From the NCBI GenBank assembly GCA_964016885.1, contig OZ024759.1, positions 24,676,001-24,740,000 on the forward strand: a stretch of 64,000 bases of DNA, in the 5' to 3' direction. Shown piece by piece: positions 28,476 through 43,096 of this stretch; positions within the stretch are counted from its first letter, which is position 1, and every line of letters begins with the position of its first letter. Position numbers and translations under genes: made by a program. The DNA comes from Eledone cirrhosa. Lineage: Eukaryota. The notes under the pieces are model-generated. The model was not told the origin of the DNA and ran no database searches. It saw only the letters and a program-made list of their open reading frames with translations.

Positions 28476-29182
28476 AAACATATACGCATATTTGAGAAGC
28501 GATACTTAAAAAACTTAAGAGACCATAAGTTTAGATATAGCTATAGAAATATTTCATATATACCCGACTATAATAAATGACGAAGAAACAAGGAACGAAA
28601 GAGGGGTGCGGTTGGTGAAGTTATGAGGGGTGGTGTATAGACGCCAAAACTGACTGTTCTCTCGTATCTGTTCTCTCGTATCTCATCGTTTGCCGCTACC
28701 CGCATACGATATTTGCTATGTGCAAGGGTGACAACTGGCCGACGTCTTTAAATCACAAATACAAATGTTTGAACGAAGGCAGTGTCAAATTTGTTGTTGA
28801 GTCTCTCCAACATACATACGTACGTATGTACATACATGCTTGCTGACTTCTTTGCTTCTTTGCTTCTTTGCTTCTTTGCTTCTTTGCTTACACTTATGTA
28901 TCATCACTTGCGTTGGTTTATGTTTAAACCTATAACACATAAAACATCTTAATATATATTTTATATGTTAATATTGCCCACATACACACACACACACACG
29001 CACACACACACGCACACACACGCACACACACACACACGCACACCCACACCCCCACACACACATATATATATATATATATATTGTATTATATTATGTATGA
29101 GAAAAATTAACAAGTAAAAATATCATCAACAAGCAAAAATTATGATATATGTTAGTTTAACATTTGACACAGTTGGAAACGA

Positions 29183-29245
<63 letters not shown>

Positions 29246-29408
29246 ACTCTCTCTCCCTCAAACACACACACACACACACACACACTCCCTCTCACTCCGT
29301 CTGTGTAAATATTATATATATATATGTGTGTGTGTATACATACATACATGCATACACACACGATTATTACACATACACATATATATATCGGTGTGTGTGT
29401 ATATATAC

Positions 29409-29470
<62 letters not shown>

Positions 29471-29475
<5 letters not shown>

Positions 29476-29743
29476 CTTCTACCAAACTCGTCCCATGGAC
29501 TGAGTGCTCTGCCACTACGGATATTACCTTCTAGTGTTCTACCTCTATATACGTCTCCAGCACCGGGCAGCAGATTTTTTTCACCACGTGGGAGTTTGGC
29601 TGTCTACCCTGTGAGCGGTCTCTATATCCTCGTGTCCTACACAACTTTGTGTCACAATGGAGGACCAGTCCGAGCTGAAGATCCGCATAAGGTGAAACAA
29701 TTGTTCTCGGTATGGTGAACTAACTGTTGTGCTACTACTTCTA
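29471..29743 (+). mobile_element. Retrozyme-like / permuted pLTR monomer (262-bp unit)
   Basis: Terminal direct repeat tactacttcta at 29471 and 29733; internal hammerhead. Confidence 0.6.
29670..29710 (+). ncRNA. Minimal type I hammerhead motif
   Basis: CCGAG-CTGAAGA-TCCGCATAAGGT-GAAA-CAATTGT-T-CTCGG. Confidence 0.8.
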
Positions 29744-29828
29744 TATATATATATATATTTCGTCTCTGAAAAACAAGATGGCGTAGGACAGAATAAAGGA
29801 GAGGCACAAAACAAAGAAAAGAATCCCA

Positions 29829-29871
29829 GTCACTGAAGAGGTCACAGAATGTGTGACGAAAGTACTTTGAC
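29829..29871 (+). ncRNA. Minimal type I hammerhead motif
   Basis: GTCA-CTGAAGA-G-GTCACA-GAATG-TGTGAC-GAAA-GTACT-T-TGAC. Confidence 0.8.
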
Positions 29872-30015
29872 AATATATGAACAACCGTCCGGTTGTGGAA
29901 CCAACCAACCGGAAATTTATAAATTCTTAAATTTATAAATTTAATTTATAATAAATTGGAGTGAAAGCAACTGGTGCGTGTGTTTCTTATTGGCAACATG
30001 ACCCTCTCACAGCAT

Positions 30016-30058
<43 letters not shown>

Positions 30059-30684
30059 AGAGAAGCGGTAGCAAGCCCTCGCCTTACGCAGTCGTTTGGT
30101 TCCCAACGCTTTTATAAAAAAAAAAAATTGCATATGACGTATGTTCAAGACCTTTATATAAAAGTCTCCAAGTAAGTCAAGATTTTTTAGCAGTGTTTGC
30201 GTCCAAGTACTTTAAAAGTTGACTGGCTGAGGATTCGGGGGAGTAGAATGAGGCTGCATTCACTATTGCGAGTTTCTTGGTCAAATGAAATATGAAAATA
30301 TAAATGAAATAGGCAGCTTGCACCTGAGTAAATTTAACTAGGCCTTACTAAGTCTCTATAACTCACCCCTTCTCTAGAAGAAATAGACTGTGTTCCACTG
30401 TGTGTCAGGATAACGCCAGTACGATTCCATCAAGAGTTTAGGATCCTTCCACCCTCCTTTCTCTGATGTTTCATCTAATGGGAGATTTCTCGAATGTTTT
30501 AATAATAGGGAGCAACAATATTATAACAAATTTTCCTCCTTCACCAAGAGATGCGGTTTCTAACGGAACAGTGCGTTAAGATATTTACAGCTTGTTTTTA
30601 GAATTTTTTTTTAATATGTAAATATTTTCCAGCCAAGTATATTCTAAACTGAACTATTGAAAATCGTACATTATATATATATAT

Positions 30685-31082
30685 CTATCTATCTATCTAA
30701 GGCGGGTAAAATTCCCGAGATCCATGGACGAGTTCTCTCCAGCGGTCTCTGTCCCTCATTATCGCTGCCATGTCCTGCATCTCCAACAGACCAGTGTCTG
30801 TCCTTAGGGCATCAACATACGTTAACCTTGGTCTTCCTGTTCTAGTGTGTCCATGTATGGGGCTCCCAAAGGAGTACTGAGTGCAATGTCAACTCTGGAT
30901 GTCGGTGAACATGTCCAGCTAACCTCAGTCTCCTCTGTGTCACTTTTGAGCTGACTTTTGGGATGCTCCCATACAGCTCTGAGACTTGGACACTGACCAA
31001 GAAACTCACTCAGATGGTGGATGGGTGCTACACGAGAATGCTGAGGTTGGCTCTGAACATTAATCAGTATACACTGAGGATG

Positions 31083-31086
<4 letters not shown>
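30685..31086 (-). mobile_element. RTE-like LINE 3' end with 5' inversion
   Basis: 30700-30978 is the reverse complement of 40352-40628; 30977-31086 matches 40236-40343 on plus. Confidence 0.85.
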
Positions 31087-31133
<47 letters not shown>

Positions 31134-31219
31134 GGTTTGAGGTTCACCACATAGAGCTGGTCTATTCCGTATGGTCAATCGTAATGTAATAATATAGAGA
31201 GTACTCAACGTAAAGTACA

Positions 31220-31252
<33 letters not shown>

Positions 31253-31328
31253 GTCTGTATGTGTTTAAGTATTGGCGTGTGTGCAAACGTATATATTTAT
31301 ATGAGTATATGCGTGTGTGTGTATATAC

Positions 31329-31364
<36 letters not shown>

Positions 31365-31772
31365 GTATATATATAATATATATATATATACGTGTGTATG
31401 TGCTTGCGAAACCTTCACTATATATATAAACATATCTGTTTGTTTCACATCTTTTAATTTACTTATTCACGATCCCAGCGACATTTTATGACCGTTTAAA
31501 AACACATGCATATGTATATAATAAAATACACTAGAATTTGTTATCTGTCTCCCTCCCCCATCTCCCTCTCACCCTCTTTCTCATTCTCTCACACACTCTC
31601 ACCCTCTCTATCTCTCGCTTTCTCTCACACACTCACCCTCTTTCTCTGTCGCTCTCTTGCGAAATATATATATGAGGAACAAGTATAAGCGTGAGTGTGT
31701 TAATATTGTGTATGTGTATGTGCGTGTGTGTGTATATATATACATATATATACATATATATACATACATATT

Positions 31773-31805
<33 letters not shown>

Positions 31806-31834
31806 GTATGTATATATATATGTATATATATATG

Positions 31835-31866
<32 letters not shown>

Positions 31867-31926
31867 CACACACACACATATATATATATGTGTGTGTGTT
31901 TCTATATATATATGTTTGTATATATA

Positions 31927-31976
<50 letters not shown>

Positions 31977-32094
31977 TTAAAACAACATAGATGCACAAAC
32001 TCATACGTACGAATAGATGTGTACACACACACACACATACACACATATACACATATACATGTATATAGATATATATGTGTAATTGTATGTATAT

Positions 32095-33185
32095 AAAACA
32101 CATATATACTCCGTACATGTATGGTATGTATATATGCCTGCAAGTATATACAACACACATATATACTCCGTACATGTGTATTTATATATATGCCTGCAAG
32201 TATATACAACACACATATATACTCCGTACATGTGTATTTATATATATGCCTGCAAGTATATACAACACACATATATACTCCGTACATGTGTATTTATATA
32301 TATATATATATGCCTGTAAATATATACAACACACATATATACTCCGTACATGTATGGTATTTATATATATGCCTGCAAGTATATACAACACATATATATA
32401 CTCCGTACATGTATTGTATTTATATATATGCCTGTAAGTATATACAACACACATATTATACTCCTTACATGTGAATTTATATATATGCCTGCAAGTATAT
32501 ACAACACACATATATACTCCGTACATGTGTGGTATTTATATATATATATATATGCCTGCAAGTATATACAACACACATATATACTCCGTACATGTGTATT
32601 TATATATATGCCTGTAAGTATATACAACACATATATACTCCGTACATGTGTATTTATATATATATATGCCTGCAAGTATATACAACACACATATATACTC
32701 CGTACATGTGTATTTATATATATGCCTGCAAGTATATACGACACACATATATACTCCGTACATGTATGGTATTTATATATATGCCTGCAAGTATATACAA
32801 CACACATATATACTCCGTACATGTGTATTTATATATATATATGCCTGCAAGTATATACAACACATATATACTCCGTACATGTGTATTTATATATATGCCT
32901 GCAAGTATATACAACACACATATATACTCCGTACATGTGTATTTATATATATGCCTGCAAGTATATACAACACACATATATACTCCGTACATGTGTATTT
33001 ATATATATGCCTGCAAGTATATACAACACACATATATACTCCGTACATGTGTATTTATATATATGCCTGCAAGTATATACAACACATATATATACTCCGT
33101 ACATGTGTATTTATATATATATATATATGCCTGCAAGTATATACGACACACATATATACTCCGTACATGTATGGTATTTATATGG
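32095..33185. repeat. Minisatellite, roughly 56-bp unit, about 19 copies
   Basis: atatgcctgcaagtatatacaacacacatatatactccgtacatgtgtatttat repeated with variable TA/CA lengths. Confidence 0.95.
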
Positions 33186-33548
33186 ATGTAAGTATATAAG
33201 ACTATAAAATATATTCCTCAGCAGTTTGCAGGTAAAATGTAACAATGTAAAATACAATAGCTGTCTCCTGTATTTTTTCCGCTCTTTCTCCAGGCTGTTG
33301 TTTTATGTCTGATAATAACTGTAAATCTCTACACAGAACATCTCCTGGTTTTAACAGGGGGCCGAGGCAGAGGTGTTGTTTGTTGTTTTTTTTTTACATT
33401 CAGATTCAGAATGCCTTTCTCTTATTTATTATTGTCATGGTGGTGGTGGTGGTTGTTGTTGTTGTTCTTGTTGTTGTTCTTGTTCTTGTTTTTGGTTGTA
33501 TATATTCGTATATATATATATATATATATAACTACTCCATTACCAAAG

Positions 33549-33600
<52 letters not shown>

Positions 33601-34289
33601 AACAAGTATGACCCCGACAGCAGAGCCCAAGCCGTTTCGACGGCTATTTCTGGACTATATATGCGTGTGTGTGTGTGTGTGTATGTGTGTGTGTGTATAT
33701 ATATATGTATGTATGCATGTATATAGATAGATGGATGGATAGATAGATATCTTTCTTTATTTGATAGATGGACGGATAGATAGAGAGAGTGTGTAATAAT
33801 ACATAGACATAATACAACTACCCAGAGACGGTGCCTGGGTATCTAACACACTACGTTGACTCTACAACATACATCCCCATCCACCAAGTTACGAGCCTCA
33901 TTCATCCAACTAAAATAATTTTATCTCGAAGACTGATAATGTGACGGGCTTGGGTTTTGACACTTCTTGCTCTGACAACTCTAAAAAAAAATGTCTAAGC
34001 CTGCTTTTTCTCTCCCACTTTACAGTCCACACTCACCCATGCCAAATTATATGACAGTTGATTACGTCACACCAGCCACTCCATCACTTTAGATATATCC
34101 ACAACTCAACCACGCGTCAAAGATGTTTAGCGACTTATTTATTTATTTATCACTGGAAATTATTATATTTTTAATTCAACTATAGAAATTTATACAAAAA
34201 CTATTATCCTTTAAGGTTCAGCAATGCTGTTCTCTGAGGCCTATATCCTTGATGGTTGCCTAGTTTACCTTAATGGTATGTATGACCAG

Positions 34290-34509
<220 letters not shown>

Positions 34510-34602
34510 TTCATTTTGCAAGGTTTTTTATATGAAATCGTGTGTCGAAACAAATATTGTTATTATTTCTGGCAATATTATAACAATATGACCCTCCCCA
34601 AG

Positions 34603-34667
<65 letters not shown>

Positions 34668-34669
34668 TA

Positions 34670-34908
34670 ATGGTATGGTATGGTTCCGTAACTCCTGATG
34701 GAGTCGTACGGACGCCATATTGACATACAGCGTTTCATTTTTTAAACCTGGTGGAGCCCATCCCCTCTCCAGACCTGAATACAGCAGATTTCTTTCAGAA
34801 AAGGATAGAGAGTAAGAGAATGGATGGGAGAAGGAGATATAGAGGAAGAATCGACTTGACTGGTACTTTTTTATCGACCTCGAATGGATGAAAGGCAAAG
34901 TTGACCTC
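34670..34908 (-). mobile_element. Long-tailed SINE subfamily (also 41520-41790 +, 45175-45520 +, 59221-59537 -)
   Basis: SINE core plus shared tail ctgctgtattcaggtctggagagg...ggagttacgg. Confidence 0.75.
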
Positions 34909-35268
34909 ATATATTAATACCAATTCTATATATATATGGGGAGAGAGATTTCGACAATGTTGTTACACGACAAAAATGTTTAACGATTTTATTTATTTAT
35001 CACGTGAATTTATTATATTCTAATTTAATTATACAAATTTGTCCAAAATCTGTGATCATTTAAGGCTCAGTAATGTGCCTGTCTTGTCTGGTAGTAACGA
35101 CTCTGTCTGTAAGGATACAGATGTCAATAAAATGCCCTCTTGCATTTAACGATATATATATGCGACCGATGGCAACTTCTTTTATCGCCTTGAAGGGTTT
35201 CCACCCTATTTGATAAGCTATTTTATAACATCTCCGTACACGAGCACATTATTCTTTATGTATGTACG

Positions 35269-35372
<104 letters not shown>

Positions 35373-35456
35373 GGTGTGCAATGCGATAGAAATATATAAA
35401 GGCCAAACGATAAAAAATAAAACAAATCAAAGTAATGTTTTACCCAGTATATTTCA

Positions 35457-35494
35457 ACATGATATTTCAGGGATATGATCCCCTTTTCAAATGT
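35457..35494 (-). ncRNA. Minimal hammerhead, U3-A8 core variant
   Basis: ACAT-TTGAAAA-GGGGAT-CAT-ATCCCT-GAAA-TAT-C-ATGT. Confidence 0.7.
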
Positions 35495-35819
35495 AAAACG
35501 AAAACAATTTATGATCTATGATAGTTGTGCTAACTGTACCAAGTCGTTACTATTTAATACCGTGAAGGAGGATGGACAAAATCGTTAGGGTGGTATTTCC
35601 AGGGACGGTGATACCATTAAGACCAACTAATCAGCCACCCAGCTCTCTAAATACTTGGGTACCGGTTCTGCCTACAGCAGATTTAAAGATATTATCAGTG
35701 GAACTACGGAGAGATCCACCCTAATTATTTTAATTAATTACCAACACTAATTAATTTAAAAGTCAACATTCCTCGATAAACAAGCAAAGTGAAATACGTG
35801 ATAACCATGATACAATTAC

Positions 35820-36362
35820 AACAATAACAACAACAGCAACAACAACAATGGCATCAGCCACAACACCAACACCACCACCACCAACAACAACAATATCAGC
35901 ATCAACAACATAATAACAGCAACAACAATAACAACAGCAGCAGCAACGCCAAAATCAACGACAACAACAACAGCAACAGCAACAACAACAACATAATCAC
36001 AACAACAGCAACAACAACATAATCACAACAGCAACATAATCACAACAACAACATAATCACAATAACAACAGCAACATAATCACAACAACATCAACATAAT
36101 CACAACAATAGCAACATAATCACAACAATAACAGCAACATAATCACAACAACAACAACAACATAATCACAACAACAACAGCAACATAATCACAACAATAC
36201 ATAATCACAACAACAACATAATCACAACAACAACATAATAACAACAGCAACAACAACATAATCACAACAGCAACATAATCACAACAACAACATAACAATA
36301 ACAACAACAACATAACAGCAACAACAACATAATCACAACAGCGGCAACCACAACAACAAATA
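35820..36362. repeat. (CAA)n-based repeat with recurrent cataatcac
   Basis: Direct observation. Confidence 0.9.
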
Positions 36363-36884
36363 ATGATTTCTACTTGAGGCACAAAGCCAACAATTTTGGG
36401 GGAGGGGAAAGTCGATTAAATTGTGTTTGTGTATGCACCTATGCGTATATGTGTGTGTGTTTGTGTGTGAGTGTGTCAATGTGTGTGAGGGTGTCTAGCT
36501 GTGTGTGTGTGTATATGAGTGTGTCTATGTGTGTATGTGAAGGTGTCTAGGTGTGTGTGTGTATGTGTGTGTAAGGCTGTATGTGTGTGTGTTTGTGTGT
36601 GTTTGTGTGTGTGTGTGTGAATGAACGACAAAATGGTAGCAATGACTTGATGGATCGGTTAAAGCCAGTTTCCATTACTAAGGCAGGTGACGTCACTTCG
36701 TTGTCCCCCCCCCCCCCCCTCCCATATCCGGCCCTACACCCTACCCCAACTTCCTACACGACTTACTTCATTGCTCTCCACCAGACAGCACCCCCCACAT
36801 ACACACTATCTACACCCATATATTAATTTACCCTTTCATCTACTTATAACTTGACATCTCACCCTGACCATTGTTCTGCTAGTC

Positions 36885-37204
36885 CAGAGGTTCTCAAACT
36901 ATTGGGGGCCACTGCCCCCCCCCCCCCCCCCTCGCGGCCACGTAATACCCTCAGCGCCCCCAACCCTATTTCCAGAGAGACCTGCCTACACACAAATTGT
37001 AAATAATAAATAAAATCGTTATTTTATATATAATAAATAATATAATATATACTATGTATAAATACATATATATTTTTTATTTTACTACATTTATATACAA
37101 TATGTATCTTTTGACATTTAATATAATTTTATATCATCTCTATCACCCACTGGACCTTCTCAACGCCCCCTGGGGTGTGGTAGCGCCCATTTTGAGAACC
37201 TCTG
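36885..37204. mobile_element. hAT/Charlie-like MITE (partial reversed copy 51592-51865)
   Basis: TIR CAGAGGTTCTCAAA/TTTGAGAACCTCTG; TSD tgctagtc/tgctagcc. Confidence 0.85.
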
Positions 37205-38107
37205 TGCTAGCCTTTTAGACAAGGGGCTTCTCAGACCTTTTTTTTACATTATAGCGACCCCGTCGGATCAACTAAATTTTACCACGACCCTTCACGCGAG
37301 CTATTGTAACAATTAGTATTGATTTTGTATAGAAATTGTCCTCGATCGTAGCTTCGTAGAAACTTAACAAGTAACAGCTGCTTAACAAGTATTTCTTGTT
37401 TCTAGGGTGGTGGATTGGCAGATCGTTAAAGCGTTGAAAAAAATACTTTGCGATATTTGGACAATTTTCTCCAATCTCAGTTCGTATGAATCCAAAGAGC
37501 TCACTTAAAAATAGATGGGAATGTCTATTTTCAAGCATGTTAACTCAATAAAGAAAGAAATTTTCCTCCATTGAAATTATCTCCAGTTATACTACAGAGT
37601 TGCTCACAAAAGATATTATACTTTTGTTTGTTCTCATTCGAAGACAATTGTTTCACTCTTTGTCCTTCTCTGGAAGAAATCTTCTGTATTTAGGCGTTGA
37701 GAGGAAATGGCTTCTGCCAGAGTTAGCCCTTTTAGCATTTACATTACTATATATATTTACTATTATATTTTCATGGTAAACACTTTACCTCATATACCGT
37801 ATTTCCTGGCGTCGAAGACGCTACCTTTTACCTAAAATAAGTCTAAAAAATCTACCATGCGTCCGGAGGCCGAAGGTTGTTTATTATATTTTTTCCAAAT
37901 TTTTGGTTTTCAAAATTAGGGTGCATCCTCGAGGACTTTCTGAGCAACAGTAGCTATAACCCGAAAAGAAGAAAAGATCAACATCATCGTTAACTACTGA
38001 GCCACAAGTCTTATGTTTGAGTTATTCCAGTATCCTGAGTTGCCTTCTCCTAGAAGAATGCCCTGACAAAGGCTAGGGGTCCTTCACTCCCAGTGCATAC
38101 ATACACA

Positions 38108-38858
<751 letters not shown>

Positions 38859-38923
38859 TTAATATTTTATTGCAAACACCGCGACCACACACTTGCAAAA
38901 GTAATAACTTTTTACACACACAG

Positions 38924-38954
<31 letters not shown>

Positions 38955-38983
38955 CCTATATATATATATGTGTATACATAAAC

Positions 38984-39054
<71 letters not shown>

Positions 39055-39596
39055 TACATATATATATATAGACATAAACACATATACACGCAAATATACA
39101 ATCACAAACACGTGCATATACACACATACACATACACACATACACACACATACACACACATATATATATATATATACACATAAAAATTAAAGAAAATGGT
39201 TGCCAATTAGTAAATCTGAGAGGGTGTGTGATGGGAGGGGGGTTATGTATTAAATATTCCTCCTCCACCCCCTCTCTCTTTGCTACTAACAACTACCACC
39301 ACCCCTCGGCGTATATTCATTCCCTCAGCCACCCAACTCCGCTTCTTTAGTCAAACTCTCGTCAACAGACGTTAGCTAGCAGTGAACATTATAAAGGTGT
39401 TTGGTTTCAAATTGTAAAGCGTCATTTTCACAGTAGCCGCTATGGCTGTGTGATTAAGGGGACCCCATTTCTCAACCACGTGGCTTTGATTTCGATCCGA
39501 TTGCCTACCTGCTCACCTCGGGAAAGTGTCTTCTACAACTACTGCTGCTGCTACTACTATGGCTGCTTTCTATTTCATCTTTTATTTCCCATTCTA

Positions 39597-39885
39597 TGTT
39601 CTGATGAAGGACTAGTGTCCAAAACGCTAATATTCTTGTCGTACGATATCAAGTGTTAATCTAATATATTTCTTTATTATAGTGTGTTGTTTTATTTTGT
39701 TGTTTCTGTTTACTTTGTTGTTTCTGGACTAAGTAAGAATTCTTACTTAGTCCAGAAATAGCCGTCGAAACGGCTTGAGCTCTGCCGTTGGGGTCATACT
39801 TGTTCCTATTACCCACTCTACTACACTAAGTATTGAGTACTTTGGTGCATTATGGTCCATCTGGTTCCTTACCACAATTCCTTCG

Positions 39886-39888
<3 letters not shown>
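39597..39888 (+). mobile_element. Family B remnant (degenerate hammerhead) followed by family D remnant
   Basis: CTGATGAAGGACTAGTGTCCAAAAC at 39601; palindrome ctggactaagtaagaattcttacttagtccag then GAAACggc. Confidence 0.65.
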
Positions 39889-39935
<47 letters not shown>

Positions 39936-39936
39936 T

Positions 39937-40625
39937 AGTGGACTGTGTCGATGAGTGTGGGGCTGAGAATGAATGAGACTAAGACAAAATGTCTGGTAGA
40001 GAATGTTGAGAAGCCAGAGGGGATTACTAATGTAGACGAGAAGCCGCTGGAATTAGTTGAGGACTTCCTGTATTTGGGAGCAAAGATTGGGAATACGGAG
40101 GATGATGTGGTTGAGAGGAAGAGCAAAGCCTGGGCGGCGTGCCACAGCTTGAGATCGGTGTGGAAGTCGGACCTTCGTAAAGACCTGAAAATCCGCTTCT
40201 TCATTGCTGTAGTGGAGTCTGTGCTGCTGTACGGGTCTGAGACTTGGACACTGACCAAGAAACTCACTCAGATTGTGGATGGGTGCTACACGAGAATGCC
40301 GAGGATGGCTCTGAACATTAATCAGTATACACTGAGGATGAAAAGCTCATAACTGTATGGGAGCATCCCAAAAGTCAGGCCAAAAGTGATACAGAGGAGA
40401 CTGAGGTTAGCTGGACATGCTCACCGACATCCAGAGTTGACACTGCACTCAGTGCTCCTGTGGGAGCCCCTGCATGGACACACTGGAAGAAGAAGACCAA
40501 GGTTAACGTATGTTGATGCCCTAAGGACAGACACTGGTCTGTTGGAGACGCAGGACATGGCAGCGATAATGAGGGACAGAGACCGCTGGAGAGAACTCGT
40601 CCATGGATCTCGGGAATTTTACCTG

Positions 40626-40628
<3 letters not shown>
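39937..40628 (+). pseudogene. RTE-like LINE, 5'-truncated RT C-terminus (3' end also 50987-51175)
   Basis: GLRMNETKTK...FLYLG...SVLLYGSETWTL...RRLRLAGH...RPRLTYVD...DRDRWR; one in-frame stop. Confidence 0.9.
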
Positions 40629-40667
<39 letters not shown>

Positions 40668-40751
40668 CCAAAGATTAGTATGGTTCGTTGATTACTCAAC
40701 GATTACAATATTACAATAGATTAGAAGCACTGAACAGAGGAGTTTCATATA

Positions 40752-40812
40752 TTTTGTCTAATGAAAACGTACTTAAACACCATAGTACCTTTGAAATATG
40801 TATAAAATATAT
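40752..40812 (+). ncRNA. Degenerate F-like hammerhead (CTAATGA)
   Basis: tattttgt-CTAATGA-aaacgtact...agtaccttt-GAAA-tatgtata. Confidence 0.45.
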
Positions 40813-41055
40813 ATTTTGATTTTGAGAATATTTTTCATTTATTAACATTTTGAATAATATATATATATATATATATATATAAGTGGAAGTCAACAGGTTA
40901 AAATTAACGTCGTTTATTCATAGTCACTGTTATATATATTTCGAATTAATATTATATATATGGGTCGATAAAATAAAGTACCAGTAATACACTGAGATAA
41001 TTGCTGGCCCTGTGCCTATTGTAGAAACAATTATATACATATAGATAGATAGATA

Positions 41056-41123
<68 letters not shown>

Positions 41124-41954
41124 CTAAAAATAAAAGAGAGAGAGAGACTAAAAATATAACTGCCAGTTTTATAGACATCATTGGCAAAAGTTCATATCCT
41201 CCATTATTATATTTAATAATCAGATGTATCAGATGTATCATTTTTTTTTACCCCATGTCGTTAGAATGTCTCAGGAGAGAATCACAGGACAGATTTTACA
41301 AGCAAAGATTTCAGCAAAGGTGATCCAGAGATAAACTACAAGCAAGTGGATTAGTTAAAATCCACAAGGCTGGTTAGTCCCGCCAGGAGATCTAGCCGGG
41401 TCTTTTGGAGAGGGCTGCTTCTGATAGAACCCTCTCGAAGGAGTGTCTGATGACTCTGAATAAGTAGGCAAAAAAGAACTAATTTTTTCCAGCTGAGTGA
41501 AAGTCATATGTCAATACAAAGCGGCGAGTCGTTAAGATGTCGGATATAATTCTTTATAGTATTCGTCCCACCTCATTGCGCGCTCTGAATTCAAATCCCA
41601 CCCTGGTCAACTTTACCTTTCATCCTTTCGAGGTCGATAAAAAAGTACCAGTCCAGTACTGGGGTCGATTCTTCCTATATAGAAAAAATTGGCTATATTC
41701 GAACCTGGAGAGGGTTGGACTCGGCCAGGTTTAAAACTGCCCTAGACACGCCGTATAACGGTGCCTCTATAACTTAATAAGGAGTTATGGTATCTTTATT
41801 CTTTATCCTACATATGTCAATATAGTTAGTGCTTTGTCTTCCACGGTTTGTCCATCGATTCAATGTGTGTGTGTGTGACAGCTTCCACCTATGCAGGTTT
41901 AGCTGGCCTCCTCCAAGGTGTATCTCGTTGGAGGGCTCTTGGGTAATTTAATGA

Positions 41955-42120
41955 TAGGGACCCCAGTCCTATCATCTCATTTCTACAGCTGAGTAAACTG
42001 GAGCAACGTGAAATAAAGTGTCTTGCTCAAGGAAACAACACATCACCCGGTCCGAGAATTGAACTCACAACCTTTCGATTGCAAGCCCAATGCTCTAACC
42101 ACTAAGCCATGCGCCTTCAC
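41955..42120 (-). mobile_element. Second tRNA-derived SINE family (CORE-like); relatives near 21050-21235, 53450-53885, 63500-63665
   Basis: ctggagcaacgtgaaataaagtgtcttgctcaagg...aaccactaagccatgcgcc. Confidence 0.7.
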
Positions 42121-42677
42121 ATCGATGCAATGACTGCCATACTATCAGATTTTCGACCTCTTCTAACTAATCTTTTCAATTAACTTTGACTTTGACAGAC
42201 TATCATAAAGTTCTGTATTGCTAATATGACTCTTTCAAGTGATGTTAAGAACCATTCGCAACATCTGGGAGTATATTCTGTCTAGCTGGTTTTTAAGCCT
42301 CTTTCTGAAGGTCCCTGCCATATAACAAGACACATCTAACCGTTGCTAAAAAGCGTCTGATCATAATACTGTTCTTCGGGAGAAGAAGGGTGACTTCTAG
42401 ATCTTTAATAATTTATGACATACATGCCATGCGGTTGCCTTTCTTTTGTTGATATCTTAAATATATACATAGTCATGAATATATATACAAGTAAACATAT
42501 ACATAAACTATATACAGACACATATATATATATATACCAGTATATATACACATGAATATATACAAGTTTTCGTTTTAATATATTAAAACCAGTTTTAATA
42601 TGATTGTGTGGCAGGTGATGTCTGTTATAGAATAATTGAACCTCCAGAAAACAAGAAACCAAACAACAACAACAGTG

Positions 42678-43096
42678 TCTTCTTCTTCTTCTTCTTCTTC
42701 TTCTTCTTCTTCTTCTTCTTCTTCTTCTTCTTCTTCTTCTTCTTCTTCTTTTTCCCTTTCTCCTTTTTCTTCTCTTTCTTCTTCTTCTTCTTCTTCTTCT
42801 TCTTCTTCTTCTTCTCCTCCTCCTCCTCCTCCTCCTCCTCCTCCTCCTCCTCTTTCTTTTTCCCTTTCTCCTTCTTTTTCTTCTCTTTCTTCTCCTTTTC
42901 TTTCTTCTTCTATTCCTTCTTCTTCTTTTTCTTTTTCTTCTTCTCATCCTTCTTCTTCTCATTCTTCTTCTTCCTCTTCCTCTTCTTCTTCTTCTTCTTC
43001 TTCTCCTCCTCCTCACCCTCCTTCTTCTTCTCCTCCTTCTTCTTCTTCTTCTTCTTCTTCTTCTTCTTCTTCTTCTTCTTCTTCTTCTTCTTCTTC
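42678..43096. repeat. (CTT/CCT)n polypyrimidine tract
   Basis: Direct observation. Confidence 0.95.

Noticed and set aside
32095-33185. CRISPR-like periodic array
   Set aside because: No unique spacers, eukaryotic context, no cas genes
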